Part shown: in pieces, positions 54,239 to 64,000 of the stretch
Numbering within the stretch: position 1 is the stretch's first letter
Layout: each line of letters begins with the position of its first letter
Program-made: the position numbers and the translations under genes
The notes under the pieces: generated by a model
Database searches by the model: none
Told to the model about the DNA's origin: nothing
Seen by the model: only the letters and a program-made list of their open reading frames with translations
From: Octopus sinensis
Lineage: Eukaryota
Direction of reading: 5' to 3'
Length of the DNA stretch: 64,000 nucleotides
Assembly: GCF_006345805.1 (NCBI RefSeq)
Contig: NC_042999.1
Coordinates: forward strand, 81,592,001-81,656,000

Positions 54239-55751
54239 CATATATATATACATATATATATATGTATATTTATTTATATATATATACATATATATATATA
54301 TGTATATATGTATATGCATATGCATATATATATATATGTATATGTATATGTGTATATATAATATATATATCATATACACGCATACATATAGATTGATATA
54401 CAGAGAGATGGGAGAATTCTTATATATAGATGTATACACGTTTTGATAGTCCTAACATTAACTCTTTCGTACCAAATGTATCCTGCTGACCAGAGAGCTG
54501 CGTTTTTGAACTTCATTTACGTACAAATTGCATTTTCATCATTTAATGAAAGAGTGCCAATTCAATTTACAATTCTCTTTAAAAACGTTGATTTCTGTCT
54601 GCAGAAACATTTGGTACCTTAGAATAAACTGCTCTTCTGTAAACAAAACAAGAAAAAAGCTAACGAATTATCTGTTTTATTTAACTCCTGGCATTGCGTC
54701 CTAACTTTGTGTGTTCTTACTTATATCATATCCTAAACCCATGTGTACGACAGAAGCTATTTCTCTTTCGTTTTCCCATAGACTATTAAAAATTTTAGAA
54801 GATGCCATCAACAGGTGGAAAGCATTTATTATTGATATTTTAAGTTTTCTTTTCTCACTATCGTTAAAGGGATCTTTAACTGTGTTTTAACTGTCATTGA
54901 GCAATAAATGATCACATTGTCCACTAATTTGTGACTATAATATAAAACCAATTCTTGAAAAGAAAATGATAATAAAGTTGTTGCAGATGCATAGTTGTAA
55001 TATCGGGTCATTACCCTTTAGAAACACACCAGCTCCTTCAATAAATATATTCTTCACAAATCCAAAACCACGTTAGATAAAAGAAATTGAATGTCACTCT
55101 TCATTAACATTGAATTCAAAGGGGAGGTTTTGTTTTTAATCTGATGCCTTTGCATAACTGTAGAAACAATAAGTCATTTTAACTTAAATACTTTTCTTAG
55201 TCTCAACTCAGATTACTGTCGTGTTCCATATAAACTGATACCGATCGATGGCTGATTGCGGAGAAGCTACGCTATTAGCTATGCCACAGGTGATGATGGA
55301 GTTCTATAAGGTTCGAATTGTTTATATAATGCACATTAATTTCGTGCTCTTATTTTATGCATTGCATTTATAACTAAGGACTTTTTTCAAATGTTGAACA
55401 TAACAGGCTTACGAGTTTACGTCTGTCGGTGATCTTATACAATCAATACAATATTCCTATTGGATATATATTGTCAGTGTATGAAATAGTAATTTTGAAT
55501 TCCCACAGTATTATTGCTGAAATTTATAATACCAATCTCTGTACTGCAACAGCTACTATTATTGTAAAGGACTGAATTAAATTGATCAATCTTTAATCTT
55601 GAGGAATTACATTCGTTTTTAATTATATTGAAGAATTGCAATGTGATAACGTTGGGGGTTTTCTGTTACGAGGTCGCGAACAACACTCAATGGTGTAGCG
55701 ATCAGCCTTGTCTTATGAATCCATATGTCTAACTGGCATTTGTCATCAATA

Positions 55752-56055
55752 TCTATAAAGCTGAAATGCAAAAAAGTTGTTTGATTTCTTGGTTATTAGT
55801 CTCATTTTGGGATGGGAACGGTTTAAGGGACGGTAGATGGATCGGATTGGCGCCAAAATTTATACTGGGGGTAGAATGGGGTGGGCAATGGTTTGGGGGT
55901 GGTTGCAAGTCGCCCGGGGTTACCATTTGGTTTCCATGGTGAGGAATATGAGAAAGGCAAAGAAGAGGAACAGAAGAAGAGAGGGAAAAGGAGACAACAC
56001 CCACAAAACAACACCACCACCAAAACCCGAGCGAAGCATGGGTCAAAATAGCTAG
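55752..56055 (+). mobile_element. complete-looking 304-bp non-autonomous Helitron
   Basis: A|TCTATAAAGCTGAA 5' end; 3' hairpin ACCCGAGCGAAGCATGGGT (56025-56043), 8-nt spacer, then CTAG|T. Confidence 0.7.
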
Positions 56056-56732
56056 TCTATATAAAATATTGATTTTTGAAATAATTGTACCTTTATGCTG
56101 TCAACTTTATATTTATCCCTACCTATTTAGCTAGATATCTGTCATGCATTTCAGTTACAGTGATAAAAATAAACTTTGCCGCAGATCCCCACCTATATTC
56201 CGATAACGCCTTATGAAATACCGAGCGCCGGAATCACTCTGTAGTTTTCACAAATTCATTTGCGCGATTTACCTGAATCGATCTGGCACCGAAGCCACAT
56301 CAATGGATACTGAAGAATATCTTGAATCGATGTTTTATTTGTTCTATTTAGTAACATTTAGCGCTCAGTTTTATCAAATTCTATAAACAGTGTCAACAAC
56401 ATCAAAAACGATTAAAAAGAAACTATCAGCGCCAATAATTACGACAACAACAAATAACAAAGCGAGAGTAAATTTAATCGATTCTGAGGAACTGATTTTC
56501 CCGTAATTTTGTTTGTATATGATGATATTCTTATTTCTTTTCCAGTCAGATGTCGATCGTTCATGAAAATGGTTATAGTGATTCATATATATACATCAGA
56601 TTTCACTCGCGCACGCTCACTCCCTTTTTCTCTCTATCTTTCTAACCACCTCCTTGCTGAAAATCATACATGTATGCATACCAACACAGACATATATGTA
56701 CACACCCATCCACGCACAACCAACCCATCTCC

Positions 56733-56805
<73 letters not shown>

Positions 56806-58424
56806 AGAGACATGTGCATATACATCTATACATTTATATTTACATACATGCATACATATATACGTACATACGTAATACGTACCTACCTAACTACCTTTCT
56901 ACCTACTTATATACTTGCATACATGCATATCTCTGTGCATGTGTGTAATTATGTATATGTATATATTTCTTAAAATCTTCAAATCCAAAGTCAAGCGCAT
57001 AACAACGCAATACTATACACAATTTTATTTATATATATTTTGAAATATTTTGGTATTCCTTAACTATCTATCATTTTCTTTTATATATTAACTCTCGTTG
57101 ATTTTACATACATTTCATGAATGAATAATTATAACACTCCATTTTGAAATTCAAATATTAAAGAAAATTAAGAAAAGGCTAAATAAAACGAGAAAATCCA
57201 AAATGAAATATAAAATTCACCAAAAATTTCATAACGGAAATATTTCTCTCACAGAATATTTCCACGTCTGAAAATATAGTTTTATTTATTTCCGAGTGAG
57301 AAAATTACTATATATTTTCAGAAGTGAGGGAAATGTTTATTTTTAAGATAACTGGATTTCTCAAACGCATTTCTGAAATGAATAAAGATTAAAGAAAACA
57401 CGACCAAAGTTATTAAACGTACTCTGCACTTGACGATCCCGTAACTTATCTGCTCTATATAAAATGAAAGCATGAACATTTGTTATCGCTTTATACAGAA
57501 ATTCGAGCAGATTTTGAGACAATGTCCATTAATTTAGAAATCTTAGATCTTTCTATAATTCTTCGTGTTAGAATTGTGTTGAAATAGCTTTAAGCAAATT
57601 CAACAGGGATCCAATTTATTAATCATTAACCAGCTGCAACTGTCATGTAGAGGATGCCGAATTATTTCACGAAACTCATATAAAGATGGCCAATAACTTA
57701 CTTCCCTTATCTTGCTCAATCAACTCCACAATTTCAAATATGGACATACTTTAATGTAATCATATTCAAATATATTATCGAAACGAATTTACAAATTATC
57801 TGGAATTATATCGCTTAACACTCATAATGATGCAACTGATGAGATAGCGCGTCAAATTTAGTTATAAATATTGCCATATAAACTGCTACCTATGTCTATA
57901 AATGCATCTATACATAAGTGTATGTGTATGTGCCCGCGAGTACGTGTCTATAGTGCAAGGGGAAAACAAAAGAGATATTTTTAGTAAACGCTTTAACATT
58001 TAATATTGTTTTATTCACTGTTCGAGTAGTTGGAGGAGACAGTCACACGGCTTGGTCATATTTGACCAAGCCTAACATTCACATAGTTGCCGATGTAATG
58101 AGGAATATTTCACTAATTGCAATTTCATTTAATGACACATGGAAACACACTAGATTAAATAACTCAAAGAGATTTTACATACATATTTAATACATTGTTT
58201 TATATAACTATTTCTACATTTATATTTCTAGGTACCTTCTTAACGGTCCATGAATTATATATTCTCTTATTCGTTTACTTGTTTTAGTCATTTGCCTCAT
58301 GCCAAGCGGGAGCACCGAATTAAAAGGTTTTAATTGAAATAATGGACCCCAGGATTTTAACTGATTCTTTTGCCAAACCATTAAGTTACTATCATAGGAT
58401 GTCAAGAGATGTCAGAGAGAAAAA

Positions 58425-58458
<34 letters not shown>

Positions 58459-58464
58459 GCATAT

Positions 58465-58695
58465 TACGGAGATGTACTTGCATAGCATGTGATTTGATTT
58501 GAGAGCGTGTGCTGAAACAAAAAACTTTGCAGCGTGGAAGATATTTGTAAGCCATTTAAGAACACACAAAAACGTTAGTTCGCTTGAACATTTAAAATTA
58601 ATTTGTGTCAAAATATTTTCGTCGCTTTGAAACCACGACCTGTTCACTGAAAAAACTTCGTGCTGGTTCTTTAAATGGCTCACAAACATCTACCC
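58465..58695 (+). mobile_element. left half of the MITE family seen at 27071-27396
   Basis: TACGGAGATGTACTTGCATA...GTCGCTTTGA.ACCACGACCTGTTCACTGA shared; follows (TA)n. Confidence 0.82.
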
Positions 58696-58995
58696 TTGAA
58701 GTTCACTATAGGTCTTCTGAAATAATCCTCATGATAAGTCAATTTTCTTGAGTTTTACCTTACTATTCAACAACTGGCTGTTCCCAATCGGTCTATATCG
58801 CAACGTATTCAGGCGTGTGCCTCATCTATATATGTAATCTGAAATTCCGAGTATTGGACTGGTAATACCCAAGACGTATCAGTTCAAGCCAATACCGCAT
58901 ATAAATGCTTCCAAAGAGTGTACTACATCTGATATAATCATGCAGCAGATATTGGAGCTATTCATGCTATACGTAAGCATTATCACCCAGCTGTA

Positions 58996-59338
58996 GAGAC
59001 GCAATAGCCCAGTGGTTAGGGCAGCGGACTCACGGTCGTAGGATCGTGGTTTCGATTCCCAGACCGGGCGTTGTCAGTGTTTATTGCGCAAAAATACCTA
59101 AAGCTCCACGAGGGGGTGGGGGTGAACACTGCTGTACTCTTTTACCACAAATTTCTCTCACTCTATCTTCCTCTTTCTGTCGCATCTGTATTTCAAAGGG
59201 CCAGTCTTGTCACACTCTGTGTCATGCTGAATCTCCCTTCAAGAACTACTTTAAGGGTACACGTGCCTGTGGAGTGCTCACCCACTTGCACGTTAATTTC
59301 CGTTGAACGGATCAACTCGTCGTCGTAACCGACGGAGT
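58996..59338 (+). mobile_element. SINE family B, near full length
   Basis: tRNA-type head (TAGCCCAGTGG, GTTTCGATTCC), body GTATTTCAAAGGGCCAG...AAGGGTACACGTG, tail CGTCGTCGTAACCGACGGAGT. Confidence 0.9.
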
Positions 59339-59734
59339 ATCAACAAAATGTTCATCAGGAAGACAATTATTATATACCATCAATATTATTATTAATCATT
59401 AACGACAGGTTAATCGCTACAGCTTTTCTATATAACTTTAGCCAGCACTGATTTTTGTTACGACGTTTCCTATCTGAGACGCCTGATACCCTAAACAAGA
59501 GATGTAAAGGCCACTGTTAAAGCAGCTGGACACATTATTGACTTATTCAAATATTTACAATACTTCATAGTATATTATAGTTGCATAATGAAATACCCTG
59601 ACACTACAAATCGTTACCAGCTTGCAGGAATATGTTTAATATGTAAAATTGGTATATTCACTAACGTTATACCGCTATATTATTTTTCAGTATTTACAGT
59701 TGACAGATATTTGTCCTCCTCTTGTTTGTAGTTA

Positions 59735-59778
59735 ACACAATGCTTCGGCTAATACACCCTCCAGCCTTCATCAGGTGT
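59735..59778 (-). ncRNA. degenerate minimal hammerhead motif (family 5) in a short PLE-type tail
   Basis: ACAC-CTGATGA-A-GGCTG[GAGGGTGTAT]TAGCC-GAAGCAT-T-GTGT; two substitutions relative to the minimal GAAACGT-H form. Confidence 0.6.
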
Positions 59779-60030
59779 CTCATTCCTAACGCATTTTTCG
59801 ATGTTCTGATTATTATTATTATTATATATCGAACTCGGAATCTTCGGGTTAGTAGCTCGCTCTCTTAACCACTATGCCATATGTCCGTGATTGTTTACTT
59901 GTATATGAAACAGTTGGAACAGATAAAGATAGCATTTATCTAATTGCTACAAGCAATCTATACAAAATCAGACAGAGATCAGTAATACGCCGCTTCAGAA
60001 ACATTTTTACACCAACTCATATAAATATTT

Positions 60031-60422
60031 TTCTACTCTAGCCACAAGGCCCGAAATTTGGGGGGAGGGGGCAATCGATTAAATCGACCACAGTAACTGG
60101 TACTTAATTTATTGACCCCGAAAGGATGAAAGGCAAAGTCGACCTCGGCGGAATTTTGAACTCAGAACATAAAGACAGACGAAATACCTTTTTCTTTACT
60201 ACCCACAAGGGTCTAAACACAGAGAGGACAAACAGAGACAGACAAACGGATTAAGTCGATTATATCGGCCCCAGTGCGTAACTGGTACTTATTTAACCGA
60301 CCCCGAAAGGATGAAAGGCAAAGTCGACCTCGGCAGAATTTGAACTCAGAACGTAGCGGCAGAGGAAATACTACTAAGCATTTCGCCCGGCGTGCTAACG
60401 GTTCTGCCAGCTCGCCGCCTTT
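60031..60422 (-). mobile_element. SINE family D with internal tandem duplication
   Basis: Head AAGGCGGCGAGCTGGCAGAA...TTCTGAGTTCAAATTC. The block ACTGGTACTTA..ACCCCGAAAGGATGAAAGGCAAAGTCGACCTCGGC..AATTTGAACTCAGAAC occurs twice (about 60096-60170 and 60281-60352). Confidence 0.88.
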
Positions 60423-62108
60423 AACTCATGTAAATATTGTTTAATAAGAGAAGGCAGTCAGGATTTGGATAAATACTATATTACTATTTATTGAATACTT
60501 TCATCATATGTGTATGTGCATATGTGTGCGTGTGTGTATCCCGCATATCTCAAGAGGACATCAGAAATCACATGGAGTTTCATTGTTCCCATTCACCGCC
60601 CTTGCAGACATACTACCAAGTGTAAGTGCCAAGGGAAAGTTGTGACTGCGTCCACGTTGCTTATGTATGATTTAACATTCTCGGCACGAGGATTATTCAA
60701 GAAATTCTTTAAGAAATCGCTCTTGATTGGTCTATAAGTAATTTTATCTAGGTAAATAGCAAATAGTACCCTGCTGCCTGAAAGATTTTTATGTGCACAT
60801 ATTTTATTAAATATATGTTGCCGGGGAGAAGAGGAAAATTCTATTACAAAGACTAGCAGAAATAGTTTTTCAATATAAGTGAACGTTGTCCGAGAAAGGT
60901 GAAATCAAATATATGCACAAAATGAGATCAAATAGATTAATACATATAGTAAGTAAAATTACTTACCAATGCATCAAAAACTACTAAAGAACATCATCTT
61001 TAAAACTCCAGAAAATACACAAAAGTACAGCGTAAATAACTGTAACAACGTCAATGACAATAGCTACAATAAAGAAAAAAATGTACCGTTTTATCTTTTA
61101 TCCCGACATCAAATATCCAGACAGACTGATACATTTTCAAACGTGACACGATTTATTAAAAGAAATTTTACGACACAGCACATATATCTAAAAATATTTT
61201 ATTGAACTAGAATTTTATCTTTAGACATGACATTCACATACCAAAATTTCAGTAACAAATATTCCAACTTACACTCAGATGACATCAAATAGAACCTATC
61301 ACAAAAGAGGCAATCTGATTTTATACAAAAATATGTGCACAATGTATATAGATAACACAAATAACATTCGGAATCGAATATAAATCACATATTGTAGGCT
61401 GAAAGACGATGGAGAAAGAATTCACTTCATAGTCGAATTCCTATTTTAAATGGAGAAATTACACATAATAAAGTTGATATAAATCCAAAAGAACATACAC
61501 ACAAAGTCATTAATAATCCCAAGTAAAACTTGTTAGCTGCACCACATCACATTTGGGAGATTCATAGAAATAATTTTAATTATATTCATCCAAACTAAAA
61601 AGACAAATGAAATAGGAGGGGGCAATTGTACCTGTGGAACAACAGCGACTTAGGCAGCTAAGTTACTAATAGCGTGATGAAGCATGCATATAAATTAACT
61701 CAGCTTTACATTGTATAATTTGGTGGGGGGCTTTTTACCACTCTTCCTGGTGAAGAAGCCGAAAGCTGGAAGCCTACATTTCATTATATATGCTAACGTC
61801 ATTGCTATAGCTAGATATTTACCAAAGATCCTTTCTCGTTTGCACGGAGCAAGGATTGCAGAGATATTGCTGGTTATAATGTGGTTCATCAAAATGAAGT
61901 GGGAATATGCATGCTTCAATGCTTATATATTTTTGATACCCTCACAGGTTATTTCAAAACCAGAGAAATAGGACATAGAGAGATGACGGCTGAGTTATCT
62001 CATGTAATTTGAAAGTTTCCAAGTGAGATACGGAAAAAATATTGAATTAAAATCTCTTGAGTAGGCCACAGTATTACTGAAGAACCTATTTCTTCACTAC
62101 TAACTTAC

Positions 62109-62217
62109 ATGGCGCGAGAAATATACATCTTGGAGAAAACTGGACGAATACTGACAAAAGAGCGACAAAATATTCTTCAGACAATAACTCTGTAGATTAA
62201 TATCAACAGCAAGGAAT
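62109..62217 (-). CDS. candidate internal exon, product unknown
   Basis: TTTCCTCTTCCATAAAG| 109 nt open FLAVDINLQSYCLKNILSLFCQYSSSFLQDVYFSRH |GTAAGT; no homology recognised. Confidence 0.2.
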
Positions 62218-62547
62218 CTTTATGGAAGAGGAAATAATCAACTTTATTACTTACTTTCAAAGCGTAGATATTAACTCATGCATGTACTGAACACTGTAAA
62301 TATATAAATGTTCAATTTTTTTCTTTTTGAAAATGTAACCACATGAGAATCGTTGACAGTTTTCTTCGCCGTCTTCCCTTCTTTTGGACTTTACTCTGTT
62401 TCCGAAGAAGAGCGTCTGTTCGAAAGTTAAATCATCTTTTAGTCCGTGTACTAAAAGCAATCTGAAAATGTTATCTCTTTCTGCGAAAAAAGAGAAAGAA
62501 AGAATGATACTGATTGTTATGCTCGCACTAACAAACTCATTCACAAG

Positions 62548-62654
62548 GGCTTGGTCAGTAAAAATGCGACGCAGTGGAGCTGGAATTCAAATATTGCGAC
62601 TGAGAAACGTATTTCTGAAATACTGAGACACATGAACTTAGGGTTAGCGTACGG
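62548..62654 (+). CDS. candidate internal exon, product unknown
   Basis: CTCATTCACAAG| 107 nt open GLVSKNATQWSWNSNIATEKRISEILRHMNLGLAYG |GTAATT; no homology recognised. Confidence 0.2.
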
Positions 62655-64000
62655 GTAATTCTTCCCTACAAGATGGTAATCCACATCCCGAAATTTTTCA
62701 GATATTTACTTATCGACTGATAATAATAATTAGACTACGGTATTAATGAGTAATTATATGTTTACAATACTTCTCTCTATTTAGGTGCTTCACATTTTCT
62801 GCAGGAAAATAATTAAAGGTATAAGGAATTGCTAACCACAGTGATTTAACTTTTGTAAATACCTGGTGTATTAACTTTTGTTACTTCTTGAAGTTTGATT
62901 TTATGAAGCTTTCTTTCTGTCTTTTTATTCATACCTACTAGTAAACTTTGAATTCCATATCTAATTGGGCCACCTTGCCTCAACGTTTGTACATTATTGT
63001 CATCCTACGTAATTCTTCATCGAAACAAATTTGTGATATCCTACGTACATAAGCTGTAGGGTATATAGTCGTAGTTGGAAATTACTGTGGAATTGCATAC
63101 TCTGATAGATGTAATTGCAATTATCAATGAAATAATAAAAATAGGCGTAATTTTCTTATGTTGGATCTTTTTTCTTCTAAGGTAAATACCTCTTCAAATT
63201 GTATTATATTGTTACTTCAAATGTTCTACCGTTAGATTCTAAAGCAATTTGTATGTTTTTATATATCTTTGAATCTAGTTATTCTTTTAATCATTAATCG
63301 AAGTTTAAACATAGTAATATTACAGAGAATTGGGAAACTAATTGAATTTTCAAGAGAGAATACCGAAAACCTATTCAACTATTGTCGCCTGTAGGTTACA
63401 ATGCCCACCTAAAATGCATATGATGACAAAAAAGAATGAATTTAAAACTAAACTATGCCGCTGATGGTATAGGTTAATTTTAAACTACAATCGAATATAC
63501 AACGCTTTTTATTCACTCTAATGCCGCGAGTTCATACACAACAAACTAACATTTAAAACTCCAGTACTACAGAACAAGAAATAATTCATTGTTACCTTCT
63601 TTTTGCGAATGATTGAACTTATGTGCCCGGAGAATTTTATATGGTAGTAATCTGTTAACAAAGATTCTCCTACAGACACATAGAAACTGTATATGATAGC
63701 TCTCTGAAGTTAGCGATCAGAAATCATTAACGTCAACGAATTGACACTCAAGCACACACACACATACACACATACATACACACACATTCACGCTCACACA
63801 CACATTCAAGGAACTGTTAAGAATTTAGGTTCTATGTGTTCCGATAAATCGACTGAAGTTGATGTTTATTTCTTTCCATTGTTTACGTAAAACACGATGT
63901 AGTGACAAATAAACTTAACTCGAAATAACTGAAATTAACGTATGCCTGTATTCTCTGTGAACCGCATAAGTTATTAAATAGTAAATAATTCACAAAAATC

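Noticed and set aside
59345-59370. Minus-strand CTTC-CTGATGA next to a SINE end
   Set aside because: No GAAA or stem III was found on either side of the SINE.

Overview
This is AT-rich eukaryotic DNA, dense in microsatellites and essentially non-coding. The SINE families resemble those I recall from octopus genomes, so the organism call is an inference. No intact host gene can be called: the listed ORFs are microsatellite read-through or decayed transposon coding sequence, and only three weak candidate exons were seen. The window holds two CR1/L2-type LINE fragments and a 5.5-kb (TAA)n array carrying three R4/Dong-type LINE fragments plus two 3' tails, all on the same strand. It also holds three Helitron remnants, two mariner remnants, a palindromic MITE family and at least four tRNA-type SINE families. 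The most interesting signal is invisible in the ORF track: eight type-I hammerhead ribozyme motifs from five sequence families. Five have a near-intact core and three are degenerate. They sit in Penelope-like element (PLE) remnants, mostly in tails-out inverted arrangements next to (TA)n tracts. Two carry a recognisable C-terminal peptide (CxLC...N...CxHW...K-stop), and a separate remnant shows a GIY-YIG endonuclease. Other notable points are a shared SINE/LINE 3' tail, a 5' junction stutter in a Dong copy, a conserved module downstream of different PLE tails, and a double palindrome joined by a 3-bp microhomology that may be biological or an assembly artefact.
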